From contig CAVQFQ010000017.1 of NCBI GenBank assembly GCA_963711835.1, positions 512,001 to 576,000 of the forward strand: a stretch of DNA of 64,000 nucleotides. Reading direction: 5' to 3'. Origin of the DNA: an uncultured delta proteobacterium. GTDB lineage: Bacteria > Desulfobacterota > RBG-13-43-22. The translations under genes were made by a program, and so were the position numbers. The notes beneath the pieces are model-generated. The model saw only the letters and a list, made by a program, of their open reading frames with translations. It was not told the DNA's origin and made no database searches. Shown piece by piece: positions 10,153 to 19,888 of this stretch. Each line of letters opens with the position of its first letter. The first letter of the stretch is position 1.

Positions 10153-11002
10153 TTATTTATATTGCCACTGAGCAAGCCGGGGGGACCAACGAGAGTGGAG
10201 TTCAACTTCAAGGGGCGTTTCCCCGGCAAGTTTTTGAGCTGCCTCTTGAATCCGTTTAATATCTTCGCGATTATATACGATCCCTCGAACGATCAGTCCG
10301 TATTCAACCAACCCCTCTTCTTTGGGCGTTACGTCCAGCTTAGAAATAGAAAGGGTTGGATCAACGACCAACTCGGCCTTGATCTTGGCCGCCAGGGCCC
10401 TCAACTGCAGGACCTTTCTGGCCTCCTCCGTAACCAATTTATCCTTTTCAAGGAGCGCATCCCGAACAGCGTCTACGGTCTTGTTCAACGGTTGGGTGCT
10501 CAAATCGAAGACCATATCGAATTCTTTCCGATCGTCCCAATTCTTTCCGTAAACCAGGTAGACCGCTCGGGCCATCTCATTATCCACTTTCTCGAGCATC
10601 CAGCGCGCCATCTCCCGGCTCAGGCCCTCCTGTTGGAGGACCCTCTCTACCCTGAACTCCATGGGGGCCTCGGTTCGGACTCGCAGGGCATAGGGGATCC
10701 CCTTAAGGAGAAATTGGCCATCCCTGGCCATCAGAACCACACGGTCTTTCAGGGCATATTGGAGAAGATAACTCTGATTGAGGGCTATAAATCCCCGGTA
10801 GGACCAATCGTATCTTTCCCAAACATTCGGGAAGCGTTCATCAAAATGCTCTGGCCCATTCTTCCCAATGACTTCCGGCGGTCCCCATATCATCAAAAAT
10901 TTTCTTCCGGTTGATATATTCATAGCCAAGGAGTTTCGCTACGGCCCGACCAAGGTCTTTTCCGCCGCTTTCCAATTGTCTCGAAATGGTTAAAATTGCC
11001 AT
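10153..11002 (-). CDS. cytidylate-kinase-like family protein with putative C-terminal BON-like domain, frameshifted
   Basis: True N-terminus MAILTISRQLESGGKDLGRAVAKLLGYEYIN follows GGAGG; frame shifts near 10845 into the track ORF; paralog of 13327-14130. Confidence 0.8.
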
Positions 11003-11062
11003 CGGCATCTCCTCCAAGAATGAGTGGTATCAAACGGGGCTAAAACGGATCCGGTAGCACGG

Positions 11063-12394
11063 CTATCGTTGAAAGGGAAGAACCCATATCAACATGGCCG
11101 GCAGATAGCAAAAAATCAAAGAGACGACTACATAGGGCACCGTAATACTTAAGAATTCCTTCAGGCTGGTTTTTCTTTGGTCCTCTTTTTCCGCCAAATT
11201 CTTGGCCACAAACAAAGCCGGGGCTCCGGCCACCGTAAGGTTGCTCCCCAGGGTTCCGGCCCAAAGCAACATCCAGTAAAAGGGCCAGGGGTTAATCGCC
11301 TGCTCCTTTGCCAGGTCCCGAATGACATAGAGCATGGTCAGGATATAGGCGTCGTGTTCAACCACCCCGACAATCGGCGCCGTAATCCAATAGAGCAAGC
11401 TGCTGCCTACCGTCAGACTTTGTTTAATATGGGGGGTAATCCCTTTGGAAATCATCGTAATGACCCCCGCCTGCTCCAATCCGCCGACCAGGGCAAAAAG
11501 GGAGATATAAAAAAAGATCGCCCGCCAATCCAATTCGGAAAATACCTGTTCTACATTGGGTATCTCCAAGGTGAAGGCGTTATTAAATATTTCAAAAATC
11601 AGGATCAAGGCCAAGGCCCCCCATAGGGCTATAAACCCCAGGTGGTAGCCAAAAACAGGCCGTAAAGCCATGGCTATAATGGTCAGGCAAAAAACCGAAC
11701 AGGTAATGATCGCGAAGGGTTTGTCTTTAATATAGTCCGAGGGTTTTTCATCGATGGTCGATATATCCATCACCTTTCCCTTATAGGTCTTAGAAAATTT
11801 CCAGTAAAAAAAAGCGATGGTAAAGCAATAGGAAATCAACAGGATGAAGAAAGAGGAGGGACGTCCTTGTTGCCAAATAAAACCGCCGAATTCGATCCCG
11901 GCCACACTGTGCAGCATCTGGGGGGGCAAATCTCCCAGAAGCATGGCGGTCCCCATGAAATTGGCACAAAGACCAATAAATAAGATAGGAACAAAGGAAG
12001 AGAATTTGAACCGCCGGGAGGCGTGAAAGAGGACCGGGGCGAACATTAGAACCACCACGACGTTATCGATCAGCATGGAAATAAATCCAGCCAAGGTCCC
12101 AATGAGCGTTACGAAGAGTGCCACGTTGCCTTTGGATTTTTTAAGGATCAAGGCCGACAAGAAATCCGGGACGCCGGACTTCCCGAAGTATCCCGAGATG
12201 ATCCAGATACTGAGCAGGATGAGGATCACGTTCCAATCCACCATCTGAAAGGCTCGAACCTCGGTCATAACCCCGATAAAGATCATCATCATGATCCCCA
12301 AGAGGGCGGCGATCACACTGTCGATCCAACCCGTGATAATCAACACGATACTGCCAAGGAAAATAATTACCGTCAAAACCTGTAGAAGATCCAT
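11063..12394 (-). CDS. ArsB/NhaD (IT superfamily, SLC13-like) permease
   Basis: Many TM segments; VDWNVI, ISMLIDNV, ANFMGTAMLLGDLP, GTLGSNLTVAGA motifs. Confidence 0.85.
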   Translation of the reverse strand: MDLLQVLTVIIFLGSIVLIITGWIDSVIAALLGIMMMIFIGVMTEVRAFQMVDWNVILILLSIWIISGYFGKSGVPDFLSALILKKSKGNVALFVTLIGTLAGFISMLIDNVVVVLMFAPVLFHASRRFKFSSFVPILFIGLCANFMGTAMLLGDLPPQMLHSVAGIEFGGFIWQQGRPSSFFILLISYCFTIAFFYWKFSKTYKGKVMDISTIDEKPSDYIKDKPFAIITCSVFCLTIIAMALRPVFGYHLGFIALWGALALILIFEIFNNAFTLEIPNVEQVFSELDWRAIFFYISLFALVGGLEQAGVITMISKGITPHIKQSLTVGSSLLYWITAPIVGVVEHDAYILTMLYVIRDLAKEQAINPWPFYWMLLWAGTLGSNLTVAGAPALFVAKNLAEKEDQRKTSLKEFLSITVPYVVVSLIFCYLPAMLIWVLPFQR

Positions 12395-12566
12395 AGTCCA
12401 TTCCTTTCAAAATTATGTAGATACTATCATGAAAAAAAATATCCTATTAATATTATTTTTATGCTAAATATAATTATAATATAGCTATATTTCCCAAAGG
12501 CAAGAGATTCGTTTTGTAATTATTAAATAAATCAGTTAGTAGCAAAAAGATAAAATAAAGAGGAAA

Positions 12567-13320
12567 TTGTTGGACTTAGGCATCCTTGGACAAATCCATT
12601 TCACCTGGGAATTTGTTTCCGCGTTTTTAAGCATCGTTCTCATCGATCTGGTCCTGGCCGGTGACAATGCCGTGGTGATTGCCATGGCGGTGCGTTCCCT
12701 GCCTCGAAAACAACGGATGAGAGGCATCGCTTTCGGCGCCGGGGCTGCCGTTATACTCCGGGTGGTCCTCACCTTTTTTGCCGCACAGCTTCTCCTGATC
12801 AGCTTCGTAAAACTTATCGGAGGGGCGGTGATCCTTTGGATCGCCGTTAAGCTCTTTGTCGAGGGCGCTCCAGAGGATAAAAGCCAGCGAGAGGCCAAGA
12901 CCCTCTGGCAGGCCATCTGGGTCATTATCATCGCCGATATTACCATGTCCACCGACAATGTCCTGGCCGTGGCTGGGGCTTCCAAGGGCAATCTGTTTCT
13001 GTTGCTCTTCGGCCTGGGTTTGAGCATTCCCTTTGTGGTTTTTACCAGCAACCTGCTGTCCCTCTTGATGGACAAGTTCCCCATTATCATCTACCTGGGG
13101 GCCGCTGTTCTGGGCCGGGTGGGCGGTGAGATGATGATCACCGATCCTTTCATCGTGGATCTCATCCATCCTTCTAAGACTGCTCAAATACATTACGGAG
13201 GCCTTTTTTACAATCGGGGTGCTGGGTGCTGGAAAACTTTGTATAAAATGGAAAATAGCCAAGGAAGAAAAATTACTGCATGATTTACCTGAAAGACATC
13301 CACCTCAAAAAGAGGAGTAA
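12567..13320 (+). CDS. TerC/YjbE-family membrane protein, frameshifted near the C-terminus
   Basis: IDLVLAGDNAVVIA, ADITMSTDNVLAVAGA, SIP motifs; removing one A at 13186-13188 restores the last TM (YITEAFFTIGVLGAGK) and a stop at 13320. Confidence 0.88.
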
Positions 13321-13326
13321 TCTAAT

Positions 13327-14130
13327 ATGGCCATACTATCCATATCCAGGGAATATCAAAGCGGCGGGCAGGAAATTGGTCAGGCCGTAGCCCAGGAACT
13401 ACGATATGACTTTGTGGATAAAGACCGGATTCTAAGGGACATGAAAGAGGCCGGAGACCAATGGGGCTATTTAGTTCAGGAACTGGACGAAGTTCGTCCC
13501 ACCGTCTGGGAAAAATACGATCGGCAATACCGCAGCTTTATTGCCTTGATCGAGTCCCGTGTTTATGCATATGCGCTTAAAGACCGGGTGGTCATTCTGG
13601 GACGGGGCAGCACGTTTCTCCTACAGGATATTCCCCATGTTTTAAAGGTCCGGATCTTTGCACCCCTGGAAAAACGGATCGAACGGGTCATGATTAAGTT
13701 TGACGTGGACCGGAAAACCGCCGAAAGGCTCATTGAAAAAACCGACCGAACTCGGGCCGGTTATATTCAGGCCATTTATGGAAAACAGTGGGATGATAAG
13801 AAATACTTTGATCTCATCTTTAATACCGGCCTTCAGTCCATAGAGGAGGTTACTCAAGTAATTGCTAAGGCCCTGCAGGAATGGGACCAGCGCGCCACAC
13901 CGGAAGGCCGACAGAAGTTAGCGAATCTTGCCTTGGCCGCTAGGGTAAAGGCCCAGATTTTTGCCAACATCAAATTATGCCTTCCTACCTTGGAAATTTT
14001 TCATGATGGGCAGGCCATCGTGCTGCGGGGTGTAGTCCGCAACCCTAAAGAATCTCAGTTGGTGCAGGAAATCGCCACCACAATCGCCGGCCCTCATCCG
14101 ATTCGAAACGAATTGCATTACCGAACCTAA
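13327..14130 (+). CDS. cytidylate-kinase-like family protein with putative C-terminal BON-like domain
   Basis: ISREYQSGGQEIG, VILGRG, VRIFAP, DRTRAGY, FDLIFNT; tail LAARVKA...IVLRGVV...IRNEL is BON-like. Confidence 0.85.
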   Translation: MAILSISREYQSGGQEIGQAVAQELRYDFVDKDRILRDMKEAGDQWGYLVQELDEVRPTVWEKYDRQYRSFIALIESRVYAYALKDRVVILGRGSTFLLQDIPHVLKVRIFAPLEKRIERVMIKFDVDRKTAERLIEKTDRTRAGYIQAIYGKQWDDKKYFDLIFNTGLQSIEEVTQVIAKALQEWDQRATPEGRQKLANLALAARVKAQIFANIKLCLPTLEIFHDGQAIVLRGVVRNPKESQLVQEIATTIAGPHPIRNELHYRT

Positions 14131-14151
14131 AACGAAACTGGAGGAATGATC

Positions 14152-14289
14152 ATGGATAAATGGACCTTTGGATTCACGATGCTCATCGTCGGTATGGGAG
14201 GCACTCTTCTGACCCTGACCATCATGAGCTTGATTATGGGGTTATTGAAAAAAATCTTTCCCTACAAAGCAAGCGAAGAAGAAAAGTAA
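14152..14289 (+). CDS. oadG: OadG-family (Na+-decarboxylase gamma-like) 45-aa membrane protein
   Basis: Below the ORF-track cutoff: MDKWTFGFTMLIVGMGGTLLTLTIMSLIMGLLKKIFPYKASEEEK; GGAGG RBS; one TM with GMG motif; directly upstream of oadB. Confidence 0.8.
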   Translation: MDKWTFGFTMLIVGMGGTLLTLTIMSLIMGLLKKIFPYKASEEEK

Positions 14290-14320
14290 TCATAAAATCA
14301 AAGAAGAAAGGACAAAAGAA

Positions 14321-15460
14321 ATGATCGATGCCATCATCAGCGGGCTCTCGGGTCTTGTGGCCGGAACGCTTCATCTCCATTGGTCCAATCCGGTCATGAT
14401 CGCCGTCGGCTGCCTGCTCTTGTATCTGGGGATTAAAAAAGACTTTGAACCCTTACTGCTGGTTCCCATTGGATTCGGCGCCATCATCGTCAATATTCCC
14501 CTGGCCGATCTGATGGAGCCGGACGGTTTTCTCCGGATCATTTATGATGCCGGAATTCTCACCGAACTGTTTCCTCTGCTTATTTTCGTCGGTATCGGGG
14601 CCATGACCGATTTCGGACCGGTTCTGGAGAATCCTTATACCTTTCTCCTGGGAGCGGCCGGCCAATGCGGCATCTTTCTGACCTTGCTGCTGGCCCTGGC
14701 TTTGGGCTTCAAGAACCTTGATGCCGTCACCATCGGCATCATCGGGGCCTGCGACGGGCCTACGGTTATCTATGTGGCTTCCCAGTATGCCCCCCACCTG
14801 CTCGGGGCGGTCTCGGTAGCCGCCTACTCCTATATGTCTCTGGTCCCGGTGATTCAGCCTCCGATTATGCGTCTGCTGACTTCGGAGAAAGAACGACAGA
14901 TCGTTATGAAAACCCATAAGAAAACCGTTTCCAAGACCACCAAGATCATCTTCCCCATCATCATTACCATCCTGGGCGGTCTGGTTGCTCCCATGGGCTT
15001 GCCTTTATTGGCGACCATCATGTTGGGAAACCTGATGAAGGAATCCGGGGCCGTCAGCCGTCTGACCAAGGCTTCGGAAAATGAGATTTCCAATATCGTA
15101 ACCCTCCTTTTGGGTATATCGATCGGGGCCACCATGGCCGGGCCGGCCTTTGTCAAACCCCAGACTCTGATCATTCTGGGCCTGGGACTTTTAGCCATTT
15201 GCCTGGATACCGTCTGCGGGGTCCTGTTTGGAAAACTCTTAAAGGTGATCACCAAGGGCAAGGTGAATCCTTTGATCGGGGCGGCCGGGATTTCGGCCTT
15301 TCCCATGTCGGCCCGGGTGGTCCAAAAAGAAGGCTTTAAATACAACCGGAAGAATTATCTGCTCATGCACGCCATGGGCGCCAATGCCGGGGGTCAGATC
15401 GGATCGGTCCTGGCGGCCGCGGTCATGCTTTCGGTGTTGAAAGGGATGGGGATCATCTAA
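14321..15460 (+). CDS. oadB: sodium-translocating decarboxylase beta subunit
   Basis: EPLLLVPIGFG, GIGAMTDFGP, IGIIGACDGPT, AAYSYMSLVP, GISAFPMSARV, HAMGAN motifs. Confidence 0.95.
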   Translation: MIDAIISGLSGLVAGTLHLHWSNPVMIAVGCLLLYLGIKKDFEPLLLVPIGFGAIIVNIPLADLMEPDGFLRIIYDAGILTELFPLLIFVGIGAMTDFGPVLENPYTFLLGAAGQCGIFLTLLLALALGFKNLDAVTIGIIGACDGPTVIYVASQYAPHLLGAVSVAAYSYMSLVPVIQPPIMRLLTSEKERQIVMKTHKKTVSKTTKIIFPIIITILGGLVAPMGLPLLATIMLGNLMKESGAVSRLTKASENEISNIVTLLLGISIGATMAGPAFVKPQTLIILGLGLLAICLDTVCGVLFGKLLKVITKGKVNPLIGAAGISAFPMSARVVQKEGFKYNRKNYLLMHAMGANAGGQIGSVLAAAVMLSVLKGMGII

Positions 15461-15466
15461 ACTACC

Positions 15467-15544
15467 GATACTGGATACTGGATGCTGGTTAATTCTTTCC
15501 GGCATCCGCCATCAAGTATCAAGAATCCAGTATCCAGTATCAAG
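15467..15544. repeat. inverted pair of heptamer tandem arrays
   Basis: GATACTG-GATACTG-GATGCTG ... AAGTATC-AAGAATC-CAGTATC-CAGTATC. Confidence 0.75.
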
Positions 15545-15575
15545 CCTCAAGGATCGCTTATCGAGAGGATAAAAC

Positions 15576-16694
15576 ATGTCAAGTAAAGTCTATTTTCTGG
15601 ATCTCAAGACTTCACCCAAAGAGAACCGGTTGGAGCGAATCAGCCGCTTGTTGGACCAGGTCCCCTTTGCCAAACCGCTGGTGAAAAACAACCTGGTGGC
15701 GATCAAAGTTCATTTCGGCGAGAAGGGCAACACCGCTTTTGTTAAACCTATTTATTTGCGGCCGGTAACCGATAAGGTGCGGGCCTGGGGAGGCAAGCCC
15801 TTTCTCACTGATGCCAACACCCTCTATGTCGGCACACGGGCCGAAAGCGTTTCCCATCTGCAAACGGCCCTGGAAAACGGTTTTTCTTATACTACCGTGG
15901 GCGCCCCCTTGATCATCGCCGACGGCCTGAAGGGCAAATCGGCCGTCAAGGTCCGTATCGACAAAAACCTGTTCAAAACGGTCTCCATCGCCGCCGACAT
16001 CGTTGATGCCGACGGCCTTATCAGTGTGGCCCATTTCAAAGGGCACGAATTGGCCGGCTTCGGCGGCACCCTGAAAAATCTGGGTATGGGCAGCGCCTCG
16101 CGGGAAGGAAAACTCAGCCAGCATTCCAATATCTCACCCAAGGTGGGGCGTAAAAAATGCATCGGCTGCGGGGAGTGTGTCAGCCACTGTGCCCAAAGCG
16201 CCATCTCCCTTCAGGATGAAAAGGCCCTGATCAATCCTGAAAAATGTGTCGGCTGCGGGGAATGTATCCTGATCTGCCCCCAGGGGACCATCCAGATCCA
16301 GTGGAACGAATCCATCCCCGTCTTTCAGCAGAAGATGGTCGAGTATGCTACCGGAGTGCTGAAAGGAAAAGAAGGCCGGGCCTTATTCCTGAATTTTTTG
16401 ACCGACATCTCCCCGGCTTGCGACTGCTACGGCCACAGCGACCGGCCCATCGTCCGCGATATCGGCATCCTGGCTTCCCTTGACCCGGTGGCCATCGACC
16501 AGGCCTCGGCAGATCTGGTCAACAACGAGCCGGGCAATAAAGATTCCGCCCTGACCAAAAATTATAAGACCGGGGAAGACAAGTTCCGGGGCATTTATCC
16601 CCAGATCGACTGGGAAGAACAATTGCGCTACGGGGAAGAAATCGGTCTCGGAAGCCGGAAATACCAACTGATCCCCCTGGAAGCCAAGTCCTGA
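15576..16694 (+). CDS. DUF362-domain protein with two 4Fe-4S ferredoxin motifs
   Basis: VAIKVHFGEKGN, HFKGH, GGTLKNLGMG, two CxGCGECxxxC motifs, DPVAIDQA. Confidence 0.9.
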   Translation: MSSKVYFLDLKTSPKENRLERISRLLDQVPFAKPLVKNNLVAIKVHFGEKGNTAFVKPIYLRPVTDKVRAWGGKPFLTDANTLYVGTRAESVSHLQTALENGFSYTTVGAPLIIADGLKGKSAVKVRIDKNLFKTVSIAADIVDADGLISVAHFKGHELAGFGGTLKNLGMGSASREGKLSQHSNISPKVGRKKCIGCGECVSHCAQSAISLQDEKALINPEKCVGCGECILICPQGTIQIQWNESIPVFQQKMVEYATGVLKGKEGRALFLNFLTDISPACDCYGHSDRPIVRDIGILASLDPVAIDQASADLVNNEPGNKDSALTKNYKTGEDKFRGIYPQIDWEEQLRYGEEIGLGSRKYQLIPLEAKS

Positions 16695-16734
16695 TCTCGG
16701 GCCGCTTTAGCGCAAAAGCCAAAGGCCAAAGAGG

Positions 16735-17439
16735 ATGCTGGAAGTAAAAAACATTGAGGTCCGCTATACCGGCCTGCCGGTCATTCAGGAGGTTTCTCTG
16801 ACGGTCAACCGGGGGGAATTGGTTTCCGTGGTCGGCGGCAACGGGGCCGGGAAATCCACCCTTTTTAAGGCCATTATGGGGGTGCTGCGTCCCACCCGGG
16901 GCGGGATTCATTTTGAAGGGCAGTCCCTGACCCATTTGGAAACGGCCGATATCGTACGCCGGGGATTGTCCTGCATCCCCGAAGATCGGAAGCTGTTCCG
17001 GCCCCTTTCGGTGGAAGAAAATCTTTTGTTGGGGGCCTATGTCCTGACGGATAAAATGCAAATCCGGGAACTTCTGGAGGAAGTCTATGATCTTTTCCCG
17101 CGACTGAAAGAAAGAAGAAACCAGGCCTCGGCTACCCTCTCGGGCGGAGAACAGCAGATGCTGGCCATCGGACGGGGACTTATGTCCGATCCAAAACTCC
17201 TGCTCCTGGATGAACCGTCCCTGGGATTGGCCCCCATCCTGGTGGACGAGGTCTTTCGGGTGGTCAGGAAGGTGAACGATCAGGGCATGACCATCCTTCT
17301 GGTGGAGCAGAATGTCCGGGAGGCCCTGGAAATATGCACTCGGGGCTATATCCTGCAAACCGGAAGGACCATCCAGGAGGGAAGCGGGGAGGAGCTTCTA
17401 AAAAGCGATACCGTGCAAAAAGCCTTCCTGGGGCTGTAG
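16735..17439 (+). CDS. livF: branched-chain amino acid ABC transporter ATP-binding protein
   Basis: GGNGAGKST, LFPRLKER, LSGGEQQML, LLDEPSLGL, LVEQN. Confidence 0.92.
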   Translation: MLEVKNIEVRYTGLPVIQEVSLTVNRGELVSVVGGNGAGKSTLFKAIMGVLRPTRGGIHFEGQSLTHLETADIVRRGLSCIPEDRKLFRPLSVEENLLLGAYVLTDKMQIRELLEEVYDLFPRLKERRNQASATLSGGEQQMLAIGRGLMSDPKLLLLDEPSLGLAPILVDEVFRVVRKVNDQGMTILLVEQNVREALEICTRGYILQTGRTIQEGSGEELLKSDTVQKAFLGL

Positions 17440-17440
17440 C

Positions 17441-18130
17441 ATGGAGAACCCTGTTTACGAATCCCCTCGAGTCCTGCCTTGCGGGGACAGGGCCGTTACG
17501 GTTGAATTCGGGAAAAGCATCGATCCTTACCTTAACCGGAAAGTTCAACTCCTCAGCCGCCAAATTAAATCAAAGCCCTTCCCCGGCTTGATAGACCTCA
17601 TCCCCTCCTACCGCTCCCTATTGATCCAATACGACCCCGGTCTCTGTTCCTATGAAGAACTTTTAAGCCTCATAGAAGGCCGGCTTGCTTCTTCCGGGGA
17701 AATTCAGGACCGGGAATTTCGTCTGGTGGAAATTCCGGTCTGCTATGGGGTGGAATTCGGTCCTGATCTGGAAGAGGTAGCGGCCGGTCATGGAATCACT
17801 GCGGAAGAGGTTATTCGGCTTCATGCGACGCCAATCTATCAGGTCTATCTGATCGGTTTTACCCCGGGCTTTCCTTTTTTAGGCGGATTGGATCCAAGAC
17901 TGTTTACCCCCCGGAAGAAGACGCCCAGAAAATGCGTCCCGGCCGGGAGTGTCGGCCTTGCCGATCAGCAGACCGGCATTTATTCCCTGGACAGTCCGGG
18001 CGGCTGGCAACTCATCGGCCGGACCCCTGTAAAACTCTTTGATCTGAATCGCGAAGACCCTTTTTTCCTTAAACCGGGTGATCAGGTACGTTTCCGCCCC
18101 ATCGGACCGGATGAATTTGGAAACCATTAA
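17441..18130 (+). CDS. pxpB: 5-oxoprolinase subunit B (KipI/allophanate hydrolase subunit 1 family)
   Basis: EIPVCYG, GFTPGFPFL, PAGSVG, SPGGWQLIGRT. Confidence 0.92.
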   Translation: MENPVYESPRVLPCGDRAVTVEFGKSIDPYLNRKVQLLSRQIKSKPFPGLIDLIPSYRSLLIQYDPGLCSYEELLSLIEGRLASSGEIQDREFRLVEIPVCYGVEFGPDLEEVAAGHGITAEEVIRLHATPIYQVYLIGFTPGFPFLGGLDPRLFTPRKKTPRKCVPAGSVGLADQQTGIYSLDSPGGWQLIGRTPVKLFDLNREDPFFLKPGDQVRFRPIGPDEFGNH

Positions 18131-19058
18131 AATAGTAAGGCCCGGTCCTTGTACGACCGTCCAGGACCAGGGACGATTCGGTTTTCAGGACCGCGGGGTC
18201 CCGGTTTCAGGGGCCATGGACCCCTACGCCTTTCGGATCGGAAATCTCCTGGTTGGAAATCGCGGCGGGGAAGCCGCCCTCGAAATCACCCTGGGCGGAT
18301 TTACGGCTGAGTTTCTAACCGAGACCCAGTTCGCTGTAACCGGGGCCAACACCGGGATTCGATTAAATGACCGGCTCATTTCCATTTGGACCTGTCACCC
18401 GGCCTTCAAAGGGGATGTACTGTCTTTTGAATTCGCCAAAAAAGGGGCTCGTGATTATCTGGCCCTGGCCGGTGGAATCGATGTGCCTCTTATGATGGGC
18501 AGCCGTTCCACCTATCTGCGGGGTTGTTTCGGTGGCTATCAGGGGCGGTCTTTGATCAAAGGGGATATCCTCAAGGGCGGGATTCACCGGCAGTCGCCCT
18601 TGGAATTGTTCCTCCCGAAGGACCTTATCCCGGCTTACGCCAACAAAGTGATTCTGAGAGTGATTCTCGGGCCCCAGGACGACGAATTTAATGAAGAACA
18701 TCTGTTCACCTTTTTAAATGCCGCCTATGAAGTCACTCAGCGCAGCGATCGAATGGGCTGTATGCTGGACGGGCCTCCGATAAGGCATAAAAGAGGAGCG
18801 GATATTATTTCCGATGGAACGGCCTTCGGATCCATCCAGATCCCGGGAAACGGCCGGCCCATCATCCTCATGGCCGACCGCCAGACCACCGGCGGTTATG
18901 TGAAGATCGCCACCGTAATTTCGGTGGATCTGCCTCTGATCGCCCAGGCCCTGCCGGGATACAAGATGCGCTTTGAAGCGACCAGCTTGCGGCAAGCCCA
19001 GGAACACCTAATCGAACAGGAAAAGAAAATTACCGAATGGGTTGGTTCGGTGAAATAG
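18111..19058 (+). CDS. pxpC: 5-oxoprolinase subunit C (KipA family)
   Basis: TTVQDQGRFG, GVPVSGAMD, GSRSTY, SDRMG, DRQTTGGY. Confidence 0.92.
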   Translation: MNLETIKIVRPGPCTTVQDQGRFGFQDRGVPVSGAMDPYAFRIGNLLVGNRGGEAALEITLGGFTAEFLTETQFAVTGANTGIRLNDRLISIWTCHPAFKGDVLSFEFAKKGARDYLALAGGIDVPLMMGSRSTYLRGCFGGYQGRSLIKGDILKGGIHRQSPLELFLPKDLIPAYANKVILRVILGPQDDEFNEEHLFTFLNAAYEVTQRSDRMGCMLDGPPIRHKRGADIISDGTAFGSIQIPGNGRPIILMADRQTTGGYVKIATVISVDLPLIAQALPGYKMRFEATSLRQAQEHLIEQEKKITEWVGSVK

Positions 19059-19083
19059 GTTTTTGGGAAAAGATGGAGGGTTT

Positions 19084-19866
19084 ATGAAAAAAGGTAATAC
19101 CCCGAAAAAAATCCGCCAAGAGATACGGAAAGGCCGCTGGAGCAAACCCACCTCCGGCCTGGCACCCGGGTATGCCCAGGCCAATATGGTTATCCTTGAC
19201 CAGCGCCTTGCTTTTGACTTTCTGCTTTTCTGCCAGCGCAATCCCAAACCCTGTCCCATTCTGGAGGTCCTGGAGCCGGGAGAGCCGGAGCCTAAAAGGA
19301 CCGCACCGGGGGCCGATATTCGAACCGACTTGCCGCTGTACCGGGTCTGGGAAAAGGGAAAGCTTATTGAGGAAGTTAAAAATATCAAGGCTTTTTTTAA
19401 TGCCGATCTGGTCACTTTTTTACTGGGCTGCAGTTTTTCTTTTGAAGAGGCCTTGATCGCGGCCGGTATTCCCATCCGCAATATCGAAGAAAATAAAAAT
19501 GTCTCCATGTATATCACCAACCGCACCTGCGATCCGGCCGGCCCCTTCTCAGCGCCTCTGGTGGTGACCATGCGTCCCATTCGGGACGAGCTGGTCTCCC
19601 GGACAGTCCAGATCACCTCCCGCTACGCTTCGGTCCACGGCGCTCCTATCCACATAGGGAGCGAAAAAAAATTGGGCATCAAGGACCTGGGGCGGCCGGA
19701 CTTCGGCGATCCGGTGACCATTCGAAAAGGAGAGACGCCGGTCTTCTGGGCCTGCGGGGTCACCTCCAGCCTGGCCGTCCTCTCGGCCAAGCCCGATCTC
19801 TGCATCACCCATGCCCCCGGCCACATGTTCATTACCGACGTTCGGAATGAAACCCTGGCGGGATGA
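19084..19866 (+). CDS. DUF1445 putative hydro-lyase (D-glutamate cyclase-like)
   Basis: TSGLAPGYAQAN, FCQRNPKPCP, GCSFSFE, VFWACGVT, THAPGHM. Confidence 0.9.
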   Translation: MKKGNTPKKIRQEIRKGRWSKPTSGLAPGYAQANMVILDQRLAFDFLLFCQRNPKPCPILEVLEPGEPEPKRTAPGADIRTDLPLYRVWEKGKLIEEVKNIKAFFNADLVTFLLGCSFSFEEALIAAGIPIRNIEENKNVSMYITNRTCDPAGPFSAPLVVTMRPIRDELVSRTVQITSRYASVHGAPIHIGSEKKLGIKDLGRPDFGDPVTIRKGETPVFWACGVTSSLAVLSAKPDLCITHAPGHMFITDVRNETLAG

Positions 19867-19888
19867 GCCGGGTGGGGGATGTCTTCCT

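Noticed and set aside
15467-15544. Short repeat arrays as CRISPR
   Set aside because: Units are 7-9 nt with no unique spacers, and no cas genes are present
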